Assembly (NCBI GenBank): GCA_965222115.1
Contig: CBDCTJ010000007.1
Span: forward strand, 352,001-416,000
Reading direction: 5' to 3'
Source of the DNA: Planctomycetota bacterium
Lineage (GTDB): Bacteria > Planctomycetota > PLA2 > JAEUHO01
Length of the DNA stretch: 64,000 nucleotides
The stretch's first letter is position 1; each line of letters begins with the position of its first letter. The position numbers and the translations under genes were made by a program. Below are positions 19,760-31,000 of this stretch, piece after piece. The notes below the pieces were generated by a model. The model was given only the letters and a program-made list of their open reading frames with translations. It made no database searches and was not told the origin of the DNA.

Positions 19760-22144
19760 ATGCGCACGGCACGCACCGTCTCAAGCACCCTGGCTACGAT
19801 CCTCTTGATTCTCGCCCTTGGCGCAATCCCGGGCTGTGGCCGCGAGTCGTATTTCTCCAATGCGCCGGGCTATGGCCGCTTTAGCCCTCCACCGATATTG
19901 CTTGCCAATGGCTTGGCGACGGACTTTCCCGACCTGCTCGCGCAGCTTGGCGGCACACCCGGCACGGTGGAACTCACCTTCACCGCGCCGGACTACATCG
20001 ACGCCACAGCGCAGTACGAAGTTTATGTGGATGTTCCGCACCTCAACCCGGACATGACGTCGCGCAACTACACGGGCAATCGCACGCCCGTCGCGCTGCT
20101 TGACGCAGTCGCTGCTGCCGGCACTGCCGAGTTGCTGACAATCGACACCTTCACGTTTGAACCGGGTCAGACGTATCAGTTTGCGGTGCGCGCCGTTCGT
20201 GGCACCGAGATGGGCGCGTTTTCTCACTCGTTGGGCTTGCGTGTTCCGGATGCCGCGCCGCCCGCGCCGCCTGCAGGGGCTATTCTGGTGTCGGCGCCGG
20301 GACTCTTGGACCAAGACGGTGCGACGTATGTGTTGACCGGCGACATTGTGGCCGACGGCACGGCCTTCACGATTACGGGACGCGACATTACGCTTGACCT
20401 TGCGGGCTTTGACATCACGTATGGCGGTCTCGGCGATGACAACACGCCAGGCATCTATTCGGAGTTTCTATACGACACCGGATCTACGCGCATTACAAAC
20501 GGCACGATTACTCAGTCCGCGAGCGCAGGGGGCAACGGCGCCGGCATTGAGTTCCGCGGCGGCCACGACCTCGAGTTTGACCACCTCACAATCACGACCC
20601 AAGGTGACGACGCCCATGGCATCATTGCGTGGGACTCGCCAACGGGGAATGTGCGCGTCCATCACTGTGACATAGCTGTAAACACAACGGTCGTGTCCAA
20701 TCGAAGCTACCCAGGCGTGGCCGGCATTTGGTTGGGCGGTGTTGAGCAGTCGTGCGAAGTGGATCACAACCGCATCACAAAGTCGCCACAATGGGGTATC
20801 AAGGTGCAGGGGCAGACCACCAACGGTTACTTTTGGATTCACCACAACCTCGTCGAGGGCACCGAAACGGTGGTGGCCAATGGCTACATGATTGGCGTGC
20901 ATAAGCCCATGGCCGACGTTTTCGAAAACACGCTTCGCGGCGCATCACGCGGCATTCACGTAGACGGCCAAGACAATTTCGGCAACGACGCGTTGGTACA
21001 CGACAACCACGTGGAGGCGCAGGATCAACTCAATCCCGAATTCCCGACCTACCACTGGACGCACGGGATCAAGCTTGAGACGGCCCGTCGTGCAAACGTG
21101 TACAACAACCACGTGCGCGCTATGGCCGATGTGGATCACGCTGAGGCCATCGCGCTCGACATCTCTACACCTGAAGCGTTGGATGCACGAGTCATGCACA
21201 ACGTGTTTACGTCGGTATCCGATACGGACGTCTACTTGGCCAAGGGGCTCAGCTGGTCGGGCGGCCCCTCCGGCACCAATCCAGACGTTGTGTTGATCCA
21301 AAACGTCTTTACGGCTACCGACCGCCTCGTTCATCACGACTGGGATGCACAACAAGGGCCTGCGCTGCAGGAGAACTATTGGATGCGCGACTTGAGTAAG
21401 GGGGCGGGCAGTCCATTTCTCTTCGAACACTTCGCCATCAGTGACATGTTGCCAAGCTTTGGCACCATCTTGTCCAACTCGCTGACGTCCGAAGACATCA
21501 ACAACACCGACAACTGGGCGGGCGCATCTCCGTACCAATCGGATCGTCGCGCGGTATTGCGCATACGCGTGCTCGATGGCACGGGCGCGGCCCTGGAGGG
21601 CGCCACCGTGGCGATCGAGAACGCTGCATCCACGCCGGTTGCATCCGGCGCCACCAACGACGAAGGATTCTTTGATGCCGACATCCGTTTCGCAACCGCA
21701 ACCTTTGGCCCAACGATTTCAAACGACGGCCCCTTTGTCGTCATGGTTACGCATCCCACGGAAGGCTCACACAACGCCACGGCAACCGTTACAGGCCCCT
21801 CGGCCTTGGTCGTGACCCTTGGCGCTACGCCGAGCGACACAACCGACGGCACGCCACCATCCCCACCCGCTTCGGTTACGCCGCAAGCGCTCAGTTCACG
21901 GCGCATCGTTGTGCGCTGGCCAGCCGCCGACGATGGCATGGACGGATCGGGCGTCGTTCACTACGTGGTGTACGCCGATGGCACACCGGTGGGTGTTACG
22001 CGCGATCGGGAACTGGTGCTCGGCGGATTGGAACCGGCGACGAGCTACAACATCCATGTGGTGGCGCGTGACGCGGCGGGCAATGAGAGTGCCACGACGC
22101 CCATCGCGGCAGTCTCGACGGGCGCTGAAGACGCCGGACCGTAA
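19760..22144 (+). CDS. Secreted lipoprotein with right-handed beta-helix, carboxypeptidase-regulatory-like and FN3 domains
   Basis: Lipobox IPGC; repeated G-I-x beta-coil segments; C-terminal FN3 (W...GLEPATSY...VVARDAAGNES); GGAG RBS before 19760. Confidence 0.75.
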   Translation: MRTARTVSSTLATILLILALGAIPGCGRESYFSNAPGYGRFSPPPILLANGLATDFPDLLAQLGGTPGTVELTFTAPDYIDATAQYEVYVDVPHLNPDMTSRNYTGNRTPVALLDAVAAAGTAELLTIDTFTFEPGQTYQFAVRAVRGTEMGAFSHSLGLRVPDAAPPAPPAGAILVSAPGLLDQDGATYVLTGDIVADGTAFTITGRDITLDLAGFDITYGGLGDDNTPGIYSEFLYDTGSTRITNGTITQSASAGGNGAGIEFRGGHDLEFDHLTITTQGDDAHGIIAWDSPTGNVRVHHCDIAVNTTVVSNRSYPGVAGIWLGGVEQSCEVDHNRITKSPQWGIKVQGQTTNGYFWIHHNLVEGTETVVANGYMIGVHKPMADVFENTLRGASRGIHVDGQDNFGNDALVHDNHVEAQDQLNPEFPTYHWTHGIKLETARRANVYNNHVRAMADVDHAEAIALDISTPEALDARVMHNVFTSVSDTDVYLAKGLSWSGGPSGTNPDVVLIQNVFTATDRLVHHDWDAQQGPALQENYWMRDLSKGAGSPFLFEHFAISDMLPSFGTILSNSLTSEDINNTDNWAGASPYQSDRRAVLRIRVLDGTGAALEGATVAIENAASTPVASGATNDEGFFDADIRFATATFGPTISNDGPFVVMVTHPTEGSHNATATVTGPSALVVTLGATPSDTTDGTPPSPPASVTPQALSSRRIVVRWPAADDGMDGSGVVHYVVYADGTPVGVTRDRELVLGGLEPATSYNIHVVARDAAGNESATTPIAAVSTGAEDAGP

Positions 22145-22156
22145 AGAGCAAAAGCG

Positions 22157-22753
22157 CTAACCCGGACTGCTTAACCGCCGAACAACTTGAAGAAGCTCGT
22201 TCACCACGTGCGTAAGCGCGGCGCGCGAGCGTTCATCGACCAACGCACCCTCGTCATCGAAGGCCTTGTGGGCGCCACCCAACGCGTACTGCGCAGGCAG
22301 GACGATAGCGCCCACACCGGATAACACATCGCGTAGATGCGCGAGACCCCGCAGCCCCCCGAGCCCGCCCGGGGATGCACTCACGATGGAGACAACTTTT
22401 CCAGCAAACGCCGCAATCTGTCGCGGTGGATCCCCCTCCTCGGCACGGGACACCCAATCGATGGTGTTCTTGAGTAACGCGGTGAGCGACCCGTTGTATT
22501 CGGGCGAAGCAATCAACAAGCCGTCGGCCGCCTTCATCGCGGATTTAAGTGCGCTCGCTGCAGGGGGTATGCCTTCGCGCGCCTCCAGGTCTTGATGAAA
22601 GATGGGCAACCCAAGTTCGCCCAACTCCACAACGTCAACCTGCGCGCCTTCGCGCTCTATGAGTCCTTTCGCGACAGCAAGCAACCTGCGATTAAATGAT
22701 CCTTCACGGGCACTACCCGCGAACATAAGGATGGTGGGCGGATTCTCTGGCAT
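22157..22753 (-). CDS. NAD(P)H-dependent FMN reductase
   Basis: AGSAREGSFN, SPEYNGS..LKNTIDW, SASPGGLGG. Confidence 0.93.
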   Translation of the reverse strand: MPENPPTILMFAGSAREGSFNRRLLAVAKGLIEREGAQVDVVELGELGLPIFHQDLEAREGIPPAASALKSAMKAADGLLIASPEYNGSLTALLKNTIDWVSRAEEGDPPRQIAAFAGKVVSIVSASPGGLGGLRGLAHLRDVLSGVGAIVLPAQYALGGAHKAFDDEGALVDERSRAALTHVVNELLQVVRRLSSPG

Positions 22754-22839
22754 GGTGCCTCCTATCGTGTCATCGTGCCGGAGCGCATGACGCCGCGCAA
22801 CTACTGCGACACCCAAACAACCTCATCTAGAGTGCGCCT

Positions 22840-23826
22840 ATGGAACACGGTTGGCGCGATCAGGGATTTGAGACTGCCGTTTCGCACGAGGCAATTGCAA
22901 CGGCATGCAGCCAAGTGATTCCGGACGCCACGCTTGTCGAGGCCAAACGCCTTCGCGGTGGTCTGGTGAACGTCAATACGCGCGTAACGCTTGAGACCGG
23001 AGGCGAATCCACGAACTACGTCTTGCGGGGCTTCGTGCGGGATGGGCAAGCCGCCGCGAAAGAAGCAACGCTACTTGCTCGTATGGCAACTCACATTCCC
23101 GTCGCCAACGTCCACGGCCACACAACGCTTGACGTCGGGACCGCAAGAGGCCATCGGGCGGTCCCGGCCCTGTTGCTTTCGTTTGTCAAGGGCAAGCGCT
23201 TGGCTGACCTGATATCTATGTTCGCACCCAAGGTACAAGCTAGAGCAGGACGCCAACTGGGCACCATCGCCGCATCCATTCACGCGCATACCAACTCTGA
23301 AATGGGTATGTTGGATGCCGAGGGAAACGTGACGCATCCGATGCCGGGCGTGGTCAATGCGTGGCAACACGAATTCGATGCGCGCATCAGTGATCCGCAA
23401 TGCAGCGAGCGATTGACCGAACCCCTTGCGAGGGCGCTACGCGTGACCATGGCGGATGAGGTGCCGCGGCTGCGCGAGATTGATGGTTCCTACTCGCTAC
23501 TGCATGCCGACTTCAAACCGACCAATGTGTTGGTAAATGACGATGGGCATGTGCAAGCACTACTCGACTGGGAGTTCGCATGGTCGGGTCCGCCGTTGTT
23601 CGATATCGGTCAAATGCTCCGCTACGAAACACCGGAAACCTTTCAAGACGCGCTTATCACTTCATACGTGACGGGCGGCGGTCAGTTATCGCCGAACTGG
23701 CGCCGGTATTCGCAGACGCTGGACGCGCTGAACCTCATTCAGTTCCTCACGCGACCCAGTCTTTCGACCCAACAAGTGCGCGACATTAGGGCACTACTTA
23801 CGGCATTTGTGCATTCGCGTGCGTAA
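22840..23826 (+). CDS. Aminoglycoside-phosphotransferase (APH) family kinase
   Basis: GGLVNVN, LLHADFKPTN, LDWEF. Confidence 0.85.
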   Translation: MEHGWRDQGFETAVSHEAIATACSQVIPDATLVEAKRLRGGLVNVNTRVTLETGGESTNYVLRGFVRDGQAAAKEATLLARMATHIPVANVHGHTTLDVGTARGHRAVPALLLSFVKGKRLADLISMFAPKVQARAGRQLGTIAASIHAHTNSEMGMLDAEGNVTHPMPGVVNAWQHEFDARISDPQCSERLTEPLARALRVTMADEVPRLREIDGSYSLLHADFKPTNVLVNDDGHVQALLDWEFAWSGPPLFDIGQMLRYETPETFQDALITSYVTGGGQLSPNWRRYSQTLDALNLIQFLTRPSLSTQQVRDIRALLTAFVHSRA

Positions 23827-23886
23827 GCGTCAGGCTGAGTAGCTTTGCACCGGTCTACAATGAACGACCATCCGTAGGGAGTACCC

Positions 23887-24630
23887 ATGACGAAACCACA
23901 ACGCGGCGTCGTTGCCCGTCTTGAAGAACGGGAATCTCAGAATTCACGTGTCGCGTTGTCGCGCCGGTCCCTGGGCCGTCGCGTGGCGCTTGCATCTGCG
24001 GCTGCGTGGGTCACTTCGTTGTGGCACACGCCCGGCGCATTCGCCGAGGCCCTGGTTGAGACACCGCACCAAACCGAAGGACCCTTCTTCCCCGACCGGC
24101 TTCCGCGCGACACGGACAACGATCTACTTCGCATCAATGACGCCATTCGACCCAGTGTCGGCGTCATTACGCACATGGACGGTACCGTTCGAAGTGCCGC
24201 AGGCACGCCACTTCGAAACGCCACGGTCGAGATTTGGCAAACGGATAACAACGGCGCTTATCTGCACACTCGTTCAGACAACGCCGCAAAGCGTGATCCT
24301 CACTTTCAAGGCTATGGCCGTTTCCTCACGGGCATGGACGGGCGCTACTCGTTTCGCACGATTCGTCCCACGCCGTATCCGGGACGCGTACCGCATATTC
24401 ACGTGGCGGTCACCTATAAAAACCGCCGTGTCCTCACAACGCAATGCTATATCGCGGGCTACAAGGGCAACGCGCGCGATGGGATATTGCAGTCGATTCG
24501 CGACCCCAAGGCACGCGCGTCGGTCATCGTTCCGTTTTCGCCGGTCAAGGGGTCGCGGCTGGGCGAACTGCACGCGCGCTTCGACATGGTGGTAGGCGTG
24601 ACGCCCACCGAAGGTCCTACGAAGAAATAA
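23887..24630 (+). CDS. Intradiol ring-cleavage dioxygenase-like protein (Tat-type leader)
   Basis: SRR leader; TEGPFFP, EIWQTDNNGAY, FQGYG, FRTIRPTPYPGRVPHIH. Confidence 0.88.
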   Translation: MTKPQRGVVARLEERESQNSRVALSRRSLGRRVALASAAAWVTSLWHTPGAFAEALVETPHQTEGPFFPDRLPRDTDNDLLRINDAIRPSVGVITHMDGTVRSAAGTPLRNATVEIWQTDNNGAYLHTRSDNAAKRDPHFQGYGRFLTGMDGRYSFRTIRPTPYPGRVPHIHVAVTYKNRRVLTTQCYIAGYKGNARDGILQSIRDPKARASVIVPFSPVKGSRLGELHARFDMVVGVTPTEGPTKK

Positions 24631-24686
24631 CGACTCACGCCGCACGCCTTGGGTGGCACCGCGACGACTGCGACACGTCTATTGAC

Positions 24687-24720
24687 AAAAAAGAAACCGG
24701 CCGGGAACACCCGGCCGGTT
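24687..24720 (-). terminator. Intrinsic terminator of the RRM gene (possibly bidirectional)
   Basis: Perfect 11-bp stem AACCGGCCGGG/CCCGGCCGGTT followed by TCTTTTTT on the minus strand. Confidence 0.8.
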
Positions 24721-24765
24721 GACGGTCGCCCGTGCATGTCACGGACGAAAACTGTTATTAGCGGA

Positions 24766-25086
24766 CTACCAACGGTTGTTGCGATAACCGCCGCCACCGC
24801 CACCGCCGCGATACCCACCGCCACCGCCACGCGATTCGCGGGGCTTGGCAACGTTGACGCGAAGGTTACGACCATCGAGGTCCTGGCCATCCATTCCCTG
24901 AATGGCTCGCTGAGCCTCGTCGGCGCTGCCCATTTCGACAAAGGCAAAGCCTCGCGGGCGCCCCGTCTCACGATCGGTGATCACATTGACACTGGTCACG
25001 GTGCCAAAGCTAGAGAACGCTTCGGTGATATCGTCCTCGGTGCTGTTGAAAGAAAGGTTGCCCACATAGAGCTTGTTTTGAGACAT
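24766..25086 (-). CDS. RRM RNA-binding protein with Gly-rich tail
   Basis: KLYVGNL (RNP2), RGFAFVEM (RNP1), GGGGYR tail. Confidence 0.96.
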   Translation of the reverse strand: MSQNKLYVGNLSFNSTEDDITEAFSSFGTVTSVNVITDRETGRPRGFAFVEMGSADEAQRAIQGMDGQDLDGRNLRVNVAKPRESRGGGGGYRGGGGGGGYRNNRW

Positions 25087-25452
25087 AGAAACGTGAATCC
25101 TTGAACCTGCTCCGCGCGTGGTTGTTCACCGCCACACAGAGACTCTTACGTAAATGACAAAGCCGCCAAAGCAACCGAGCTGAAGAATGCGGACCTGTTC
25201 CGCTGCAACATGCCGATGACCGAAAGGAGAGCTGTCGTCAAAAATCCTATCGCAGCCCGGTGGCGCGGGGCGACCAATTCAGTCCTGGTTTGTCGTTCCG
25301 CGCCTAGCAAACGCGCTAACTTACGAGTCGCAGGCCAGTTACCTCGCTCCAGGTGGTTGATGAAGAGCGCTGATTCTCCCATTTCGAGGTCGCGAGGCGC
25401 GCGTTTTCGTTGAATTGGGTAGGCTTCCTGTGCATACGCGGAGAATCCCGGC

Positions 25453-27972
25453 ATGACATCCAACGACGCCGACCCGAGCCCGGGTGACCCGCTCATCGGC
25501 GAAACGGTTGGCGGGGCAGTCGTGCGGCGCCGCCTGGGTGCGGGTGGCATGGGGCTTGTGTACGAGGCCTGGCAGGAGCCGCCCGGCCGTTGCGTGGCCC
25601 TCAAACTCATGCGCGACGCACTGAGTGATGACGAGGCGCGCGTTCGTTTTCGGCACGAGGCGCGTGTACTCGCATCCATTAAACATCCGTCGGTCGCGCA
25701 AATCTATAGCGCCGGGACGCATACAAGTGCAACGGAGATTCCCTACTTTTTGATGGAGTACATCGACGATGCGCTGCCCATCACGGATTATGTTGCGGCG
25801 CACGCACTGACGCCTCGCGATATTCTTCGGTTGGGCGCACGCATTTGTCATGCCGTACAAGCGGGGCATACACGCGGCATTATCCATCGCGACTTGAAAC
25901 CGGGCAATATTTTGGTGGATGCACACGGCAATCCGAAAGTGATCGACTTTGGGATCGCGCGCACCACGGAAGACGATAGAGTTGACACCCCCAAGACGAA
26001 AACGGGCCAACTCGTGGGCACCTTGACGTACATGAGTCCCGAGCAATTTGAAGGTGGTTCGTTTGGCTTGGATGTGCGCAGCGATGTTTACGCATTGGGC
26101 GTGATTCTCTACCAACTGCTCACCGGCTCGCTGCCGTATGGAGATAGCGAACTCGGTATGTTGGAGATGGTTGGAGCCATTCAACACAAGACACCGCCGC
26201 CGGCCTCCAAGCTGCGTCCCAAACTCGAACATGATGTGGACGTCATTCTGCAAACCGCGCTCGCCAAAGAACGCCAAGCGCGCTACGCAAGTGCGGAGGC
26301 GTTGGCCACCGACATCGAGCGCTATCTGGCTCGCCAACCCATATTGGCGCGGGCACCGAGTACGCTATATCAACTGCGACTCTTTGCGAAACGCCACAAA
26401 GCTACATTCGCGGCGCTGGTGGCAGGCGGGGCGGCCATTGTGGGTGCACTGATCGCCATTAGCTTCTTTGCCGCAAGTGAATCCAAGGCTCGTGCCCGCG
26501 CAGAAGTCGAAGCCCAACGCGCCACAAAGCTACTCCACGCAAGCACCAATTTCATTCCGGACGTTGCCAACCACGTTAACTACAAGCTAGGGGCGATTGC
26601 GGGAACGCTACGTGTACGTCGGCTCATGGCGGAACGACTACAACAACTCACGGAGGAACTCTCCTCGGTGGAAGGGCACGACAACGACCCGCACGTGGCA
26701 CATGCCCTAGGAACCGTAGACGTCGTTGTGGGTCATGTGCTGGGTGGCGTAGGCGGTGCGAACTTGGGATCACGCGTGGATGCCGTAGCGCACCTGGAGC
26801 AGGCGGCCAGTCATTTTGAGCGCGCCCTTCGCGCCGACCCCGACAATGCAACATTTCTTGGCTCTCTGGTCTCTACACGCCTCGATCTCGTTCGACACAT
26901 CGTGAACGCCGGCGACCGCGCACGGGGGCGGTCCATTTTGGAGGGCACCGCGCCGTTACTTGATCGCTGGAAGCAAAGCACGCCGGAGGACACCATGGCG
27001 AACGTAAGCGCGATCGACTTTACGCGGGCGGATGCGCGTCTGGATTGGTTGGACGACAATCGCGAACTCGCGCTTCAAAAGTACGAGCGTGCCGCGCGTG
27101 AGCTCCGCGATGTACCCACTGGGAATCTGCCCGCCTCTCACCAACAAACGTTGAGACTCAGCACAGACCTACGGCTGGCCGAGGTCTACGAGGCCATGGG
27201 TCGCCGTGAGGATGCCGCGCGCCACTTTGCGCTGCTACGGGCGCAAGCCAAAACGATCGATCCCCAATCCTCCAATCGTGGAGCACTGGAACTCTTGTGG
27301 AACATTGAGCATGTACTCGGCGGGCGTGCCATCAACGAAGGCGACCTCGAAGAGGCCAAGCTGCACTTGGAACGAGCCATCGCCTACGCACGACGTATGC
27401 AGAAGCGAAACGAAGGTGACGTTACGGGTCATGGATACGAGTATGACTCGCGCGGTCTCCTCGCCTCGGTCCATGAAAAGCTTGGTGAGAACAAACAGGC
27501 CATTGAGCACCTGCGCGCCGGACTCACCGTCGCTCGGCGAAATTTGAAGAGCGACCCCTCCAACGACGACCTGAAGTGGAACTTGCGGGTTGTATTAACG
27601 CGCCTTGGATCAAATCTTGCCATGCAGAATGAGTTCGACGAGGCGCGCACGTTCCTTGATGAGGCCAACACCATCCAAGCAGACCGCCTCAAGCGCTGGC
27701 CCACGCAAATCGTCGAAGTGACGAGCATGGCGGAGATTGAAAACTCGCTTTCCGTCTTGCTCACTGCCGAAGCTGTAACCATGACGGATTCTACAGCGGC
27801 CGCAAAACAGGTGGAGCGCGCCATCGACACGATGCAGCGTGCGGTGAATCGCCTTAAGCAGCTTGATGCCGAAGGCAAACTGCCTCCGCTCGATCAACGC
27901 AATGTGACATCCTGGACGAAGTTCATCGACTACTTGAAGGAGCTAAAGGGGAAGCTAACGGCTGCGAAGTAG
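25453..27972 (+). CDS. Ser/Thr protein kinase with TM and TPR-like C-terminus
   Basis: LGAGGMGLV, VALK, HRDLKPGN, DFG, YMSPEQ; helical repeats after the TM. Confidence 0.93.
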   Translation: MTSNDADPSPGDPLIGETVGGAVVRRRLGAGGMGLVYEAWQEPPGRCVALKLMRDALSDDEARVRFRHEARVLASIKHPSVAQIYSAGTHTSATEIPYFLMEYIDDALPITDYVAAHALTPRDILRLGARICHAVQAGHTRGIIHRDLKPGNILVDAHGNPKVIDFGIARTTEDDRVDTPKTKTGQLVGTLTYMSPEQFEGGSFGLDVRSDVYALGVILYQLLTGSLPYGDSELGMLEMVGAIQHKTPPPASKLRPKLEHDVDVILQTALAKERQARYASAEALATDIERYLARQPILARAPSTLYQLRLFAKRHKATFAALVAGGAAIVGALIAISFFAASESKARARAEVEAQRATKLLHASTNFIPDVANHVNYKLGAIAGTLRVRRLMAERLQQLTEELSSVEGHDNDPHVAHALGTVDVVVGHVLGGVGGANLGSRVDAVAHLEQAASHFERALRADPDNATFLGSLVSTRLDLVRHIVNAGDRARGRSILEGTAPLLDRWKQSTPEDTMANVSAIDFTRADARLDWLDDNRELALQKYERAARELRDVPTGNLPASHQQTLRLSTDLRLAEVYEAMGRREDAARHFALLRAQAKTIDPQSSNRGALELLWNIEHVLGGRAINEGDLEEAKLHLERAIAYARRMQKRNEGDVTGHGYEYDSRGLLASVHEKLGENKQAIEHLRAGLTVARRNLKSDPSNDDLKWNLRVVLTRLGSNLAMQNEFDEARTFLDEANTIQADRLKRWPTQIVEVTSMAEIENSLSVLLTAEAVTMTDSTAAAKQVERAIDTMQRAVNRLKQLDAEGKLPPLDQRNVTSWTKFIDYLKELKGKLTAAK

Positions 27973-28018
27973 GCGTATACGCCGCGAGTCTACGACCCTC
28001 CCTATCGAAGATGGGCGT

Positions 28019-31000
28019 ATGATCCCGCGCATGTGGGCGCGTGTTCTCGATCTCCGACCCGGTGAAGGCCGGCGCTTGCTGTTGCTCGGCGGGCATTTCT
28101 TTTTGCTACTGTCAGGGCTCACGATGCTTGCTACGGCGGCGCAGTCCATCTTCTTGAGTCTTCATCCCGGCGAACGCTCTCCTCTTACCTACATCGTTGG
28201 AGCGATCACCACTGTGGTCGCCGCATTGGCCTACGGCAACGCGGTCAACACGATGCGTCCGCGACGCGCTTCGCTCGTAGCCACCGCGGTGATCGTGGCA
28301 GCCATCGCGTTGCTGGGCACATGGATCGAGATTTGGCCCACGGCGGGGTCATTCATGGTGTATGGCCTCGCACCGGGCTTCGGTGTGATTGTGGGGATGG
28401 AGAGCGCGGGGCTCGTAACGCGGGTACTTGATGGCCGCGAAGCGCGCAGGCTCTACCCAGCGATCTCTGGCATGGGTGGCATCGGTGCCACCATCGGATC
28501 GCTGCTGGTGGCATTGTTGTCACCCATGCTTGGAGCCAAGCCCGTATTCTGGCTGTCGAGCGTGTTCTTCTTATTGGCGCTTCCGGTTGCGTTTCAAGCG
28601 CGCGGTCCGAAACGTACACGTGGTCGCAAGCAAGCCCCGGTGTCGTGGCGCGCTCTCTTCGAGCATCGCTTCAGCGTCACGCTGATGGTGCTTGTATCGC
28701 TATCCGGTGTTCTATCTACGTGCGCAAAATTTGTCCTCGATGCCTCCCTCAAAGCCACGCTCCCCACAGAGGAAATCGCTCCGTATCTGGGGAAGCTATA
28801 TAGCGCACTCAACGCGGTGTCCATTCTGTTTGGTTTTCTCATTACGCGTCGGATTGTGGGCAAACTTGGGGTGGGTTGGGGGCTCCTGATCTACCCATTG
28901 CTCTTGGGTGTGCTCGGTGTGGGCGGGCTCCTGCTGCCTGGACTTGCGTTCGCGTCGGCCACGCTCTTTTCGGAACGACTCTTCCGCCAAAATCTGCAAC
29001 GCCCCTTGATCAATATCGCCACCATGCCCATGCCGTCGGGACTCGCGGCTCGCGCCAACGTTGCCATTCGGGGGGCGATTGAGAATCCCGCGGTGGTCCT
29101 GACTTCGCTCGCACTGCTGGGGCTCTCACGCGTCTTGCCGTGGAGTGCGGTGTTTGGCATCGTAGCGGCGGCGGGTGCCTTGGGCGGTCTCGCGGCGTGG
29201 CGTGCCAAGCGACTCTATGTTGGCGAACTAACGGCGGCGCTGCGTACACGACGACTGCGCACGCGCGACCACGATGCACTGCCTCCACTCGACGCCAAGG
29301 CGCGCGCTCTGCTCCACGAACAACTCGCAAGTGCGTCGCCCGAACGCGTCGCACTCGCGATCGAACTCCTGCGCGGGCATACAAACGCCGAGACGTTGAC
29401 CATCATGCGCGCGCAGTGGGGCGCGTGGCCGGAATGGGTTCGAACGGCCGCATTCGATACGTTGGCGTCCAGTCGCACACCGGGTGTGGGTGACCTTGTC
29501 GGGTCGGTGGTGCCCGGCAACTCGATGCAGGCGAGTATTGCGCAGCTCAACTGCCCGCAGTGGAACCCGCCGGTTGAACTACTAAACGCCCAACTCAATC
29601 AAGCACCATCGCTTGCCGCCGCGGCTGCAACGCGACTACTTGACCACCCGCACGAAGCGGAACGCGTACAAGCGCTTGTCGATGGGTGGTTGCATTCGAA
29701 ACGCCCGACGCTGGTGTCGGCGGCCATTGACGTAATGAGCGCCCGAGGTGGCGAAGGCGATCTCGCGCGCATTGTCGAACACAAAGACCAAGCTATTGAT
29801 GCCGCGCTGCGAGCAGCAACGAAGCGGCCTATGCCCGAACTTGCCGACGATGCTGTGGCGCATCTTGCCCACGATGAACTTGGTGCCATCGCGAACCACG
29901 CGCTGGAGCGTCTCGGCGAACGTGCGACAACGGCATTGACAAAGGCCCGTGCGGGTGCGGAGCGTGAAGCCGCGTATCGCTTGCTGCTGTCGTTCGAACG
30001 CGGAGATGCACACGCGCATGTACACGCGGCACTGTCGAGTAGCGATTCAAGTCTGCGAAGCGACGCGATGCATGCCTTGATCGGTACCGGGCGTCACGAC
30101 AACGGAGCAATGCTCGCTGCCATTGACCGCGCGCTCGAGCACACGTATGCGGATTGCGAGTCCATTCGCCCCGTCACGGACGAAAGCAATACCCAAGCAG
30201 CTATCGATCGAGCGGTGGCACTTGACGACGCGCTGTCGAAGACCTTTCTCTTGTTGTCATTGCGATACCCCGGCGTGCCGCTGCGGCGTATGTACTTGTC
30301 ACTTTCAAGTGGCGATGATGCCGAACGCAGTTTCGCCGTCGAAGCGCTTGACGAGGCGCTGCGCTCTCCGTGGCGAGAGCGCATCATGCCACTGCTGGAG
30401 GCGCTCCATGTGGATGCGACGCCCATCGCAACGCGGCGAGCCACAAGAGACGTCGAGACGGCACACGATGCCATTGCTTCGTGTGCATTGTTTCGGGGAC
30501 TTGCGAGCCGTGACATCCAAGCGATCGCCGCATTCGCCAACGAGTCGTGCGCCGACGAACAGGGCGCTGCATTCTGGATTGGGAAGGATGACGTGATGGG
30601 TCTTGAGCAGGCGCTAGTCGATGGCGCCTGCGTGTCGATGCCAGACATTGAACCGGCATGGGCGCTTCCTCTGGACTCACTATGGACGCTGTTTCAATCG
30701 CGTCCCTACGCGGGGCGCATTTGGCTGCGCAATCTGCAAGCGCGCACAATGAAGGCGCCACACGATGCACCCGACGTTTCGCACAGTGCGCTGTCCATTG
30801 CGTCGATGCCGATGGCGGACGACATGGAGCGCGGCGGTGATCTCGCCGTGTGGCAAGCCGTGTTCTACTTGCGATTCGTTCCACTATTTGCTTCGTTTCC
30901 CGCGCCGCTCTTACGCCGGGTGGCCTCGGTATCTCGGTTGTTGCGTGTATCGCCCGGCAAACGATTGATTCACGAAACGCGACCCGCCGGGCATGCGTAC

